A stretch of 64,000 bases of DNA, taken from Trichinella spiralis (lineage: Eukaryota). The stretch spans positions 4,429,218 to 4,493,217 of the forward strand of contig NW_003526941.1 in NCBI RefSeq assembly GCF_000181795.1. The letters are read 5' to 3'. The stretch's first letter is position 1, and each line of letters opens with the position of its first letter. The translations under genes were made by a program, and so were the position numbers. Below, in pieces: positions 24,901 to 39,900 of this stretch. The notes under the pieces are model-generated. The model was not told the DNA's origin. It was given only the letters and a program-made list of their open reading frames with translations, and ran no database searches.

Positions 24901-27900
24901 CATGCTGAACATTTATTAAATTTACAGATTACATGAAATTATAGATAAAATGTTTGATAAAAAAGGAATTGAGTAATCTAAAAAATTATCAAATCTGTCA
25001 TTTAAAAAAAGAAATTCATTATTACAAATGTTGTTCACCCATGTGATCATTTCTTCTGTAGTCTTCTAATGCGCGTGAACCCTCAAACGAAAAATATGGT
25101 CATAGGCGCAGTTCAGATTGGTCATATCTTGAGGTAACATGGTCAATGTAGGCAATCTTCCCTTTTTCTGCATGATATGTTTAAACAATTTTCCAAAACC
25201 TTCCTTATACGCGTTTCTTCCCTGAATACTGGAATTTAAATTTATCCTCTGGCAGTTGAAGCAGTTGTGAAACGTTTGCTCTTTTTATAATGTGCTTAAA
25301 TTTAATGCTTGTTGGAGCGTTTCCATTTTCCTTTTTTATGATTGGCTTAATGCGCATCCGTTCCCCCTGAAACTTATGCTCACTTTGAACATTCTCCTTT
25401 TTTACGAGCATGTTACATGTTTAAAGCAGTTATTTTTTGTCTTATTATTACTTTTAACTATTTCAGCGAAGAGCCAGCTCAGTTGAAATTACAAGTGAAA
25501 GGTTAGTTAGTATATGTTTTGTTTCAAATTTAACTTTTATTGTTTGATCCATTTTTCAATTGCAGTGTGCAAGAATTATTGGATAAACCAACTGGACCCT
25601 TGATGCCCTTACCAGAAAATACTCCTGCTCCTCCGAAGATTACTGAAATTCCAGAAAATGTTACCGTCTTGGAAGGTATTTGAACATTCGATATTTTTTA
25701 AATGAACTTTGTATTACAACGTTGAAAGTTATAGTTGTAGAAAAAGAAAATAGTTAGATTTATCACTTGATAGGAATTCAGTTGAATAATGCCTGAAATC
25801 GAATTGAAATGAGTATATGGGTTATGTGAGAACAAACTATGGATACAAACATTTTTCAAAACAGTTTTGTTTTTTATACTTGATACACGTTCTTTGCTTG
25901 ATTTCTCTCTACTTGATACTTTTCTACTTCTACATTCGTTCATATAATAAATATGTGGATAATTCTTTGAGAATATTAAAATAATCAGTCCATTGTTTAA
26001 GTAATATTATTAAAATTGACATCATATCTACAAAGCACGCCTTTTAGGTGAAACAGCTTTGGTTTCTTGCTCTGTCCAAGGCAATCCGGTGCCAACTTTT
26101 CGATGGATGAAAGCTGGACGAGAAGTATTACCTGGTGGAAGATACAAACATTTAACGCATACTGATAATAATACGGTAACACTTGTGATTGGCAAAGCAA
26201 AATTGGAAGATGAAGATGCTTATGATTTAATTGCTGAAAACGAGCATGGTACCGATCAAGCAACAATAAAAGTTTTCGTGACAAATGCTGCCGGTGTGGA
26301 TTTTCGCTCACTGCTCAAGCATAGGTAATGATGATATAAACTATTTTTGTAATGTGCATAGTTTCAGCGTTTGAAAATATATTTATGTCATTAGGCAATA
26401 TGAAAAATGGGGAAAACACAAGCATAAAGGTGATTCAGGAGATCTGAAACCTGGTGATGATCAACAACGTCGAGCATCGATGTTACCCGATAAAGTAATT
26501 ATTCTTTTTTCCGGATTTCTGTTTTAAGAAGAATATTTTGTTTTAGAAACCTTCTTTTTGGGAAATTGAAATTCAAGATCAAAGAGTTCAGCAAACTGTT
26601 CACAAAGAAGCCAAATTTGAATGTAAATTTTGCAGGCCAAAAGCTAAAATTCGATGGTACAAGCAAAAGCAAGAAATTTTCACTGTAAATAGTCTTTTTT
26701 GTACACGCACGTGTCTTTTTCGTACACGCACATGCATAATAAAATATCGAAATTTTAGGGAATGAAATACAAAATTATTAATGATAAAGAATTTTGCACG
26801 TTGATCATTAATAATCCAGATCAGGATGATGCATCAAAATATACTTGTGTAGCAAATGGCATTCCAACGACAGCAATGCTATACGTGGAAGGTATTTTAT
26901 TGAATAGAGATTTTATTTGTCATCGATATTAAATTAGTAAAAAAAATGTTTTCTTTGTAGATCCTCCTACAAAATTTACCTTTGAGAAGCCTCTTCCAAC
27001 ATCAACAGAATTGATTCGAACTCGTGAAGGAATTTTAGAATGTAGAGTTTCTCATCCAGATGCTCCTGTAAAATGGTACAAAGGTGATGATGAACTTAAG
27101 GTAATCGGAATTTTTTTTATAAACATGACAATTTGTTCTATTAATAAAATGACAATTTAGCCATCATCAAAATATTCGATGGAAATAGATCGCTTTGGAA
27201 GATGTGTGTTAATTATTGCAAATGTGGATTATGATGACATGGGAGAATACACTGCCAAAATTAATAAAGATAACGTGACGTCATGCTGTGTTGCAGTGGG
27301 AAATCCCAGATGTGAATTTATTTCTCCAATGAAATCCCAGAAAGTTCAAGAAAAAGAGAACGCTTCTCTGGAATGCGAGCTAAATGACAAAGCCGCTGAA
27401 GTGACGTGGTATCATGACGAAAGCAAAATCACTGTAATTTATAATTTAACTGAAGAATTGAATGAGAATAATTAAGAAGGTAGAAATTTATAGATTGACA
27501 AAGTCAAATTTGAAGAAGTTCGCATTGGCCGTAAAAGAAAATTGATAATTAAGAATTGTGGCGTTGAAGATGAAGGTGTTTATAAATGCATGACAAGCGA
27601 TGATCAAACAATGGGGCAACTAATTGTTGAACGTAAGTGAAAAATTGATGAATAAAATGAAACGATGATGATGATGATGAAATGTTAAAATATGTTCAAC
27701 TTGGAAATGATATTTTTTTTTAAGCTTTAAACAAATTTTTGGAGAAACTCACTGATAAAACTGTGGTAGAGAAGGATGATGTTACTTTGCAATGTCAAAC
27801 AAAAGATACGCACGGTGCAGCAACCTGGTTTAAGAATGGCAAGCAAATTACTCCTATGCCTGGTGGAAAATTTGAGACAAAAAGCAAAAATGGAACTCAC

Positions 27901-30900
27901 ACTTTATTAATAAGAAAATGTGAACTAACTGATGACGATAAATATGAGGTTGAAGTTGGTGGTCTTAAAGGCGAATGCAGTGTGTCTGTACTCGAAGGTA
28001 AGTGAATAGTTTTACCTTTTGGACAAGTAAAATGACATGGACAAATTATTCAGCTGAAAAGAAACCAATTTTTACTGGTAAACCTCAAAAGATTGAAGCA
28101 GAAGCTGGAAAGCCGATTACTGTTTCAATACCGTACATGGGTAAGTGAATGTCATCAATTATTCCATATTTATTTACTTACGTATGAATAGTAATAATGA
28201 TAATATGCTATAATAATTCGAAATGCTTTTTTTTCATTTTGAAAATTTAAGTTTCTTTTACTATTTACCACATTTAGTCAAAGGTACTCGGAAAGCTGAT
28301 CCAGTAGCTACCGTGTCGCATAATGGAACTGCATTGAAATTGAAAAGTGGGGATCAAATAAAGGTTACTGTCACTGCTGACAGTGTTGAAATTGAATTCA
28401 AAGATCCAAAAATGGCCAATGATGGTAAATGGGATATAACTCTTAGCAACTCGGCTGGATCAACTACGACCAATTTTCAAATGGAAGTGCGAGGTTAGCA
28501 TGAAAATATTTACAATGAAATGAATAGTTAGTATTTGTTTTGAAACAACCTTACAGATCGACCAGGACCACCGGAAGGACCATTGGAAATTGCGGATTTG
28601 AAAGCTACAGAATGCAAGGTGAAATGGCGTCCTCCAAAAGATACTGGCAATTCACCAATTCACCATTATCTGGTGGAAATGTTGGACGGTACAACTGGAG
28701 AATGGAAAAAGCTTGGCCAGAGCAAAGCCTGCGAAATGAAAGTAAATAGCTGAATAAGTTATTCAACTATATTCAATGAACTTAACGCTAATGAATTTAT
28801 TTGTTCAGGTGCCAAACTTGATTAAAGGTCAAAATTATAAATTTAATATTGTGGCTGTCAATAAAATAGGAGTATCCGATCCATTAATTGGTGGTGAATT
28901 TATCGCTAAAGATCCTGACTGTAAGTTAATCAAAGTTATGATCAGTTCTAAAACACTTTGTTTTTTGTTTTCTTTTTCAGGTAAACCAACTCTTGATAAA
29001 GTAGCGTTGAAAAACTTGAAAGTAAAAGTTGGTGAAGTGATCAAATATAAAATTGATATTGGAGGTGAACCCCCGCCGACTGCAATATGGCTGTTCGGTG
29101 AGCAGCCGGTTAAACAAAATGTCAGAGCAAAAGTTGTCACCACTGCAAAAGAGACCGAACTAACGGTTTCGGATGCTGAAAGAGGCGATTCCGGAAAGTA
29201 CACTTTAAGAGTGAAGAATTCGTTAGGCGAGGAAACAGGAGTGGGTTTGGTAATTGTTGTCAGCAAGCCTGCAAAGCCTACTGGACCTTTGGTTGTAAGT
29301 GAAGTGAATAAAGAAGGATGCAAAGTTGCATGGAATGCCCCCGAAGACGATGGAGGTGAACCTATTGAAGGTAATTTAGTTTTTTGCGCGAAATGGTGAA
29401 TCAAGATGATGCTGGAAGAAAATGGTTTTATTAGAATTCATCGTCGAAGCTCAAGAATCTGGCAAAGGAGGCGATTTCTTTGAAGTGGCCAGATGCGGTC
29501 CTGCAGAGAAAGAAGCTGTAATCAAAGGTTTGAAAAACAAAGGAAAATATAATTTCAGGTAAAGTTCCAATTTGTTGCTTTGGCATTGGTTTGAAATATA
29601 AAGTTTACTTTCAAATTTTCAAACCTCATGAAATGCAAATTTTGCAAAATTTGCATTTCAATTAGAAAGAAAGTAATTCACGGGCCAAACATTTTAGAGT
29701 GAAAGCAAAAAATAAAGAAGGTGTCTCTGATGCGCTGGTGACCAAAGAAGCAACACTTATAAAAGATCCATGGGGTAATATGACAATGTTATTAAATTAT
29801 TGCAGATTACGAATTTATTTATTTTAATACATTAAGATGAGCCTGGAAAACCTGGAAAGCCTGAAATAACCGATAGTGATAAAGATTATGTTACTCTTTC
29901 TTGGACTCCACCAACATCAGATGGTGGTGCTCCAATCGAAAAGTACGTAGTGGAATGCAAGGAGAAGAATTCTAAAGATTGGAAACCTGTTGGAGAGTCA
30001 GCTAAAACAACAGCTACTATAAACCAAGGACTTAAAGAAGGAAACGAATACCAATTTCGTGTTATTGCGGTAAATAAAGCAGGACCTGGTGAACCAAGCC
30101 AACCTTCCAGTATTCACGTTATGAAGCCCAAATTTAGTATGAAAAAGCTATTTATTGATGTTGTATTTACTTTTATTTATTATGAAAAATTTTTAATACA
30201 GCTGCTCCGTGGATTGATTTGAATTCAATGGGTAACTTAGTTATTAAAGCTGGTCAAGAAGCGAAATTTTCACCAAAAATTGGCGGTCAGCCTCCACCAA
30301 AAGTTACATGGACAAAAGTCGGAAGTGGACAAATAAATGAAGGATCACGAATACATTTCAAAGATTCTAAACCTGGGATAGCAGTGTTGACCATTTTGAA
30401 AGCGGTCCGTGGAGATTGTGGTGATTATATGATAAATGTGAAAAATCAGAAAGGCGAACAAAGTGCCACAGCCAGTTTGACAGTGCTCGGTACTTATTTT
30501 AGCTACAGTGTGCATTATTGCTTTGTTTAATTTGATGATTATGTTTTTCAGATCGCCCAACCCCTCCTAAAGGACCGTTAAAAGTTACTGATGTGTTCGA
30601 AAATGAAATGACTTTACACTGGCAAATGCCAGAAGACGATGGTGGTGTGCCAGTGGAAGCATATGAAGTTGAAAAATTTGACGTCGATCATGGCCGGTGG
30701 ATACCATGTGGACGTACAAATGAGGAAAAGATTACTGTTCACAATTTAGTACCTGGCCATAGTTATTTATTTAGAGTGAAAGCTATAAACAAGGAAGGAG
30801 AATCTGATGCTTTGGCTTTAACAGATCCTGTTTTGGCAAAAAATCCATATGACCCACCGACAAAAATGGAAAAGCCTAATGTGACTGACTGGGATTCTGA

Positions 30901-33900
30901 TCATGTTGATTTGGAATGGAAACCACCAGAAAATGATGGTGGAGCAGAGATTGAGAAATATATTATAGAAAAGAAGCGAAAAAATGATAAATGGGTTCCA
31001 GCTTTGGAAGTTTCACCTGATAAACTGGAGGCAAGGATTGGAGATTTGACAAAGGATGAGCAGTATCAGTTCAGAATTATTGCAGTAAACAAAGCGGGGC
31101 CTAGTGAGCCCTCTGAACCGTCAAATCGCGTGATTGCGAAACCTAGATTTTGTAAGAATGAATCAGATTAAAATACATTATTGTTTTTGTTTTCCTACAA
31201 AAGATTTTGTTTGTAGTGGCACCGTTGATCAATCGTGAAGATTTACCGATGACTACTGTTAAAGTTGGGCAGTTGATCAAGTTCAACGTTCGCATAATAG
31301 GAGAGCCACCCCCGGAGGTATTCTGGGAAAAAGATGGAAAGAAATTATCTTCATCTGCTGAACTCACTATTGAAAATCCAGATTATTTGAGCAAATTTTT
31401 TATAAACAAATCTGCTAGAAAACATGCTGGTATTTACAAGATAACTGCTCAAAATAGTAGCGGTGTGGACGTTGCTGAAGTGACCATATCAGTGTTGGGT
31501 AATTTGAAATTTTCTTTCAATTTGTTCAAGAGGAGAATAATATTGATGAAAACTTTTATATGTGGTTAATGAAATTGCCAATCTTTTAAGGTAAACCGTC
31601 AAAACCAAAAGGTCCCCTAGAGGTGAAAGACATTTTTGCTGATCACATGACACTATCTTGGAATGCACCTGAAGATGATGGTGGAACGCCTATTGAATGC
31701 TATGAGATAGAAAAATGTGACCCTGCAACAGGAATATGGATACCATGCGGGCGAACAGCAGATACAAAGTTTGTTTTGCTTTTATACATGGTTCTTTTAG
31801 AATTTTTGCGATATTTCTTATGATATACATTATATTTACTAAAGGTTCATTGGTTGATTTCTAAGTTTCTAAGTTGTATTTTTACAGAATCTCATGCAGC
31901 GTTTTATTCGATACTATAACTATAAATAAAATATAAATGAATTTGATATTTAATGTATGTACATTTTTTGTTATATAAATAAATAAATAAATATGTATGT
32001 ATGTATAGATATATAATATAAATAATATTTATTTTTCTATTTATTTATTTTAGCTTTGTAGCTGATGGTTTGCTGGAAGGAAACAGTTATGAATTCAGAG
32101 TGAAAGCAGTGAATTCTGAAGGAGAATCAGAGCCTCTCCAAACAGACACCAGTATCAAAGCCAAAAATCCATACAGTTACGAACGTTAATTTTTCAGTGA
32201 ATATCAGCATTTAACTTATTTTTTATTTTAGCTAACCCTGATAAGCCTAACAAACCTGAAGTTGTAGACTGGGATATTGATCATGTTGACTTAGCTTGGA
32301 GTCCACCACAAAATGATGGTGGAGCTCCAATTGAAGAATATGTCATCGAGAAACGCACTAAATATGGACGGTTAGCATGATTTTATTTTGTATTTTTATT
32401 TATCGAGATATATTTGCATTGCGTTATTTTTAGCTGGGAACCTGCTGCGAGTGTTCCTGGAGATGCTGCTAGTGTGACTATTTCTGATTTGACACCAAAT
32501 GATGAATATGAATTTCGAATAAAGGCAAAAAATAAAGGTGGATTTAGTGATCCGAGTGATCCGAGTGAAGCTGTAATTACGAAACATCGGAATTGTGAGA
32601 CTTTTAATATCATTCTAGTTTTATGCTGAATTTTTCAGTGTAAATGAATTATCATTGGTAATTTATAAAATGTTTTATAGTACCTCCTAAAATTGATCGC
32701 TCTGCCATGCAGCCGGTGACGGTAAAAGCAGGCCAAGTAATTCGTTTTGATGTGCCAGTTGAAGGAGAGCCCCCTCCAACTATGACTTGGTTTCATGAAG
32801 GTGAAATCATGAAACCAAAAGGAAAGTAAGAAAAATAAAATTGCTTTTCAACAAAACATGATTTTGATATTTGCTTTGTTTAGTATAAAAATAGAAAATG
32901 GAGATTATAATACAAAATTTGCCATCCGTCTTGCTGAAAGAAGTGACAGCGGAGTTTACACTCTAAAAGCTGTGAATGTAAATGGTGAGGATGAAGCTAC
33001 AGTTAAAGTTGAAGTAACAGGTAATTCTTAGCACTGTTTTATGTATGTATTTTGAATTTTACATTACAACATCACGCAGACAAGCCAAGTGCTCCAGAAG
33101 GTCCGTTGGAGGCAAAAGAAGTATACGGTGATCATATCACTCTTGAATGGAAGGCTCCTGAAGATGACGGTGGAATTCCAATTAGCCATTATGTAGTAGA
33201 AATGCTGGATCCTCAACTTGGGCATTGGGTAGTTGCTGGCAAAACTCCCACTGGTGATAGTACGGAATATACAGTTGAAAATTTAATTCCTGGGCATGAT
33301 TATAAATTCCGCGTAAAAGCGCAAAATGCAAATGGTGAATCAGATGCGTTGGAGACAACCAAACCGATTACTGCTAAAAATCCATATGGTATATTTATGC
33401 ATATACATATAATTGACTAAATTTTTGAATGAAATGACAACATTCAGATGAACCTGGTAAACCTGGCCAACCTCAGGTGAATGACTGGGATGAAGACTTT
33501 ATTGAAATTGGATGGACACCACCTGAATCAGTATGACAAATGAGCAAATTTGTTATATGCTAAAATGATAATATGCTGGTAATGTAAAATTGCCGTTAAA
33601 AAATGTGTTTTATAGGATGGTGGTGCTCCGATAGAATCTTACATTGTTGAAATTAAAGAAAAATTTTCCCCATTCTGGAGTAAGGCAGGTGAGACGCCTG
33701 CTGATGTTACTGCCTTTAAAGTGACTGATTTGACTCCTGGCAATGAGTATCAGTTACGAGTTCGTGCAAAAAATAAAGCTGGGCCTGGGGAACCTTCAGA
33801 TGAGACGGAAAGAGTGGTCACCAAAGCCCGACGTGGTCAGTTTTTTATGCTGATTTGCATGGACGTTTTATAATATAAAATTCACTTTTCAGTGCCACCA

Positions 33901-36900
33901 AAATTTAACAAAGAAATTATACAAGATATTCGCTTGAAAGCTGGGCAGCATTACCGTCTTGAAATTCCTCTGATCGGCGAACCAGCACCGCAGCTGAGCT
34001 ATGCTTTTAATAATAGTCCGATAGATGTTTCAGACCGTTTAAAATTTGAACAGCGTGAACATGATGTTTTATTTGTTATAAAAAGAGCTCTGCGCACTGA
34101 CACCGGCTTCTACTTGATCACAGCAAAAAACGAATATGGAGAAGACACCGCCAGATTAAATGTAACTGTACTTGGTAGGAACGCTGTTGTGGTGTGTCGT
34201 GAAACGTATCGGAAAGTTTTGCAGTGTTCTTTATTTAGATCACCCTTCCAAAATTAGCGATTTAAAAGTTAGTGATATTCATAAAGATGGTTGCAAAATT
34301 AGTTGGCAAGCACCTGAAGATGACGGTGGCTCAGAAATATCTCATTATGTAATAGAAAAAGAAGACATAGCGAACGGACGATGGGTTACGGTAAAAAGCT
34401 ATTTACTAGTGCCACTTGTAAAATTCTAATGCTGTGGCATGTTGTTCATTTAGGCTGCAGAAACGCCCAGCTGTGAAGCGGACATTTCAGGCCTTCATCC
34501 TAATCATGAATATCGCATTCGCGTTAAGGCTGTGAATCGAAATGGTGAATCGGAACCAGTCGTGTGCGATGAAAGCTTTATTGCTAGAGATCCATTTGAG
34601 GAGCCTGACAAGATGCTTCCACCTGTAGTGCTTGATTGGGATAAAGATCACGTTCAGTTGGAATTGATCAAGCCTGAAAGTGATGGTGGAGCGCCAATAG
34701 AAAAATATGTTGTTGAAATGAAGTGCAACAACGGGGAATGGATGCCTGCTGTTGAGGTGCCTGCTGATCAAAATTTAGTTACAGTTCCTGATTTAAAAGA
34801 AGGACAGAAATATCAGTTTCGAGTGAAAGCTGTGAACAAAGCTGGCTCTGGTCAGCCTAGTGATCCAAGCAAAACAGTAACTGCAAAACCAAGGCACTGT
34901 AAGTTACTCTGATTTTTCACATATACTTGGTTAATTTTCCGAATGAATTTTGTTTTGTAGTACCTCCAAAAATTGATCGCAGTACTCTGCATTCAGTAAA
35001 GATTAAAGCTGGACAGAAGCTAGAGTTTGATGTTAACGTTGAGGGCGAACCACCGCCACAAATTAGATGGCTTCTGAATGGCGAATCGTTAGGATCTTCT
35101 GAACGTACACGTGTTGTAAACAAGGATTACAATACGACGTTGCGTACTGTGGATGTGAAGCGTTTCGATTCGGGTGTATATAAAATTATTGCTGAAAATG
35201 AATCTGGTAGTGATGAAGCTGAAGTTATGGTTACAATTTTGGATGCTCCTACTGCTCCCAGAGGTCCTTTACAAGTAAGCGATGTTCACAGCGAAGGCTG
35301 CAGTCTTGCCTGGAAGCCTCCTGAAGATAATGGTGGATCTGACATATTGAATTACGTCATTGAGAAACAAGAAGACGGAGGAAGATGGGTTGAGGTATCT
35401 TTGTTGTTTTTTTATATGATTGTCAGTTTGCATTATTTTCTGTTTTTATTCATCACAGTGTGGTACGAGTTATGATACAGAATTTAAAGTTGGCAAATTA
35501 AAACCTGGAGAAGAGTATAATTTCCGAGTTAAAGCCGTAAATCGTCAAGGTGAAAGCAAACCACTGACGACATCGACTTCCATAGTCGCCAAAAATCCAT
35601 ACGGTATTGTTATGCAATTTGTGCATTTGTATTTATTCTTCATTTACAAGCCTATTTCATAGATACGCCGGACAAGCCTGAAAATCTTAAAGTAATCGAT
35701 TGGGATAAAGATCACATGGATTTGCAATGGCAACCGCCAGCTAATGATGGGGGTGCTCCTATTGAAAAATATCTCGTAGAAGTAAAATCAAGATTAGATG
35801 ACTGGAAACCAGCAGTCGAGGTGACTGCTGACACTTGCAAGGCAACGGTTCCAGGGCTAACTCCAAGAGAAAGTTATCAATTTCGTGTTCGAGCTGTTAA
35901 TAAAGCTGGTCCTGGAAAGCCGTCAGAAGAGACTGCACCGATGATTGCAAAGCCTCGAAGATGTAAGCTTTCTGTTTGGATAATACTGTGTCCATAATGT
36001 TGAAACATTTCATTTATAGTGGCACCAAAATTAAAATTAGATGATTTGTTTGATATCAGAATTAAAGCTGGGCAACCGCTGAGTATAGTTGTTCCATTTG
36101 AAGCGGAACCGCAACCATTAATAATATGGATGCATGAGGACATTAAACTGGAATCAAATGATCGTACAGAAATTGAGCATGTGGAAAATCTTACTTCAGT
36201 TGAAATTCCAAGATCTGTGCGATCAGACACTGGGCCTTATACGATTATATTACAGAATGAATATGGAGAAGACAAAGGTGTTGTCAACGTTACAGTTTTA
36301 GGTGAGCATTCAGTTGACTAGTATACTTAATCTGAGTACTAGTTTATTAAGTATGAAGTTTTTAATAATTATTATTTATTTTAGATGTGCCATTGGCACC
36401 TGAAGGTCCACTGAAAGTGAAAGATGTTACGAAACAAAACTGCAATCTTTCTTGGAAACCACCAAATGATAATGGTGGATCTGAAATTATTCATTATGTT
36501 GTCGAGAAAATGGACACTTCTAGAGGAACTTGGCAAGAGGTTGGCGATTGACAGATTGAACAATTTTAATTTAAGCAACATATAATATTAAAATGATTAA
36601 ATTCTTCAGGTTGGCGAGTTTCCAGATTGTGAAGCAAAAGTTAACCGCCTTATACCGGGAAAAGAGTATAAATTCCGCGTGAAAGCTGTAAACTCACTTG
36701 GAGAGTCAAAACCGTTAACCACTGAAGCTTCAATTATTGCAAAGGATCCGTTTGGTAGAAATTTTAGTTTCAGTTTGATTTGTTGTAATTGTATATTATT
36801 CAAGACGTGCCATCGCCTCCCGAAGAGCTTACTGTTGTGGATTGGGATAGAGATTTTGTGGCATTGCAATGGAAACCACCTGAAAACGATGGCGGAAGCC

Positions 36901-39900
36901 CTGTATCAGAATACATAATAGATGTTCGTGAAAAGGGAAATCCATTTTGGTGTGAAGCCGGACGAACTGGAGGAAACAAACCATCATTTTGCGTGAAGAA
37001 TTTAAAAGAAGGTTCTGCATATGAATTTCGTGTTACAGCTGTCAACGATGCTGGGCCTAGCAATCCCTGCGATACTGTCTGCGCTGCGGCAAAACCGAGA
37101 AGACGTAAGTTTGTTGAGATGCTTTCATGAAGATCATGTGAGAATTTATTTTGTTCAATTTAGTTTCACCAAAAATTTTAACAACAATTCGATTGATTAA
37201 AGTTCGTGCTGGTATGCCACTGCGCATGCCGGTAGATTTTATTGGTGAACCCGCTCCTGATGTTTCGTGGACAAAGGAAAAGGCTTCTTTGAAGGAAAGG
37301 ATTCAAATTGAAAATACAGAAGGAAAAACAGAACTATTTATTAGTTCTGCAAAGCGATGTGATACAGGACCGTACAATCTGCGACTGACCAATGAGTACG
37401 GTCAAGATCAAGGAGAATTTCAATTTCTCATTCAAGGTGCGAAATGCAATATTTACGCTGATGTGAATATGCTTTACTTAGTCGTTCATTTTTGCACATT
37501 CAGATGTTCCTGGTGTACCTGAAGGACCGCTGGAGGCAGTTGAAATTACGAAGGACTCAGTTGTACTGAGCTGGAAACCTCCTTTAGATGATGGTGGTTC
37601 AGAAGTTACGTAAGTTATTTATTAATTAACGTCTATTGGTAGCGCCGGATAATTTATTATTTCAGAAACTATGTGGTAGAGAAGAGAGATACTCATAGTG
37701 ATGTATGGAATTTGGTTAGTTCATTTGTTCCTGGAACTACTGTGAAAGCGTTAAAATTAACAGAAGGGCATAGCTATGAATTTCGAGTGATGGCTGAAAA
37801 TGCATTTGGCCGATCTGAACCTCTGAACACAATTCGACCTATTACTGCGAAAGATCCGTTTGGTAAACTGATGTGTATTTTTTTTATTTGTTGTAAAATT
37901 CATTAACGATTGCAAACCACGATTGCTTCAGCTCCTCCTGATAAACCTGGTGCTCCTGTTGTCAAAGCACACGATAGAGATTTCATTGCAATTGAGTGGC
38001 AGAAGCCACTAGATGACGGCGGATCACCGATCACCCATTATGACATTGAGAGAAGGCATAATAAAACTGGTCGTTGGATTAAGATTAATCAAGATCCAGT
38101 AAAGGTGAACGCAATTTATCTAGGCACAAAAGGCTAGTTCTAACTGACATGCATTGTAGTCGTTGAAATTCCAAGATAACCGGGTAAATGAAGGCCATCT
38201 TTATGAATACAGAGTAGTTGCAGTAAATGAAGCAGGATCTAGTGAACCCAGCGATCCTTCGTCCGCAGTATATGCAAAGCCAATGTTTGGTAATTAAACA
38301 TTTTTCTAGTGGAGATATGTTAATCGTGATATTATGTTATTTACAAAGAATTTTAAATTACGTGAAATAGAATTTGGTACTATTTTCTTTATAAATTTCT
38401 CTGACTTTGATGACTTTTGTTGATTTCTAATGATCAGTTTTTGTTTCTTTATAGAAGTGCCAAAGTTTTTGCTTGATTTGAACGGCAAAGAAGTAAGAAT
38501 TAAAGCTGGAGAACCACTTGATTTGAACATACCATTTACTGGCTCACCTACGCCAACAATTGAATGGATTAAAGATAACATCAGTGTGCCAGAATCATCA
38601 TTAAACACTGATGATCAACATACACAATTGTACATTGCTCATTCAAAACGATCTGATTCTGGTGATTACAAAATAATGGCGAAAAACCAAAGCGGAACAG
38701 CCGAAGCTTTGGTAAAGGTTGTGGTCATTGATAGACCCAGTGAACCCCGTGGACCTTTCAACTACACTGGCATTTCGAAACATTCAATCAAACTTGAATG
38801 GAATCCACCAGATGACGATGGCGGAAGCGAAATTATTGGTAAACATTTTAGGAGTTGATTGAGAATGGCGAATTTCAAATAAGAATTCTTTAGGTTACGC
38901 AATGGAAATTCAAGAATTTGGTAGTCCAGTATGGGAAAAGATTCGTGATTACATACCTTCTACTAGTTACACGGTAAAAGGCTTGGACGAAGGCCGTCAA
39001 TATTTATTTAGAGTACGAGCTGAAAACATGATCGGCTTGGGTGAACCGTTGCATAGCGTGCCAATGACAGCGAAACCATCATATGGTATGTTTGATATAT
39101 GATTTCTATGCATGCATGTTGATAATGTTCTTATTTGTTTATACAGACGTTCCTGGAGCTCCTTCTGCTCCTGAAGTAACTGGATATGACAACACTTATG
39201 TCAGTTTGAAATGGAATCCGCCAAGAAGTGATGGTGGAAGCCCAATTACAGAATACATTGTAGAAAAGCATGAAAAGAAAGGAGGTGGCGATTGGTCACC
39301 TTGTTATACATCCCATTCAACATCTTGTGAATGTATTGTGAAAAATTTGGTTCCCGGAGAATCATATCAGTTTCGTGTGCGCGCTGTAAATTTGGCGGGT
39401 GAAGGCCCCCCGAGTAGATTTTCTGAGCCGTGTACATGCCAGCCTTTCATTCGTAAGTTATTTGAAATTTTATCTTTTTAAATATAATTTACAAAGATGT
39501 TCAGATCCACCCGGTCCACCTGATTCGCCACGCGTTGGCAAAGTGACGAAACGCTCTGTAGATCTGACCTGGAACAGACCACTGAAAGATGGAGGTTCAG
39601 CAATTACTGGTTACATGATTGAAAAGAAGCCATTTGTTTCAAATGAATGGATTCCTTGCAATACGCAACCCATTTTGGTTTGCTTCATTCAAATTATATG
39701 CAATTGTGAATTGAAGTCATGTTTTATTAATTTTTAGGGAACGGAATTTACCGTTACTGGTTTGCCTGAAGGTGAACAATTCATGTTCAGAGTGATAGCA
39801 GTGAATAAAGCAGGCCCAGGTGAACCCAGCAAGCCAACGGAAAATATCGTTATCCAGGATGAACTTGGAAAGCCGTACATTGACATTGGATCTGTGAAGG

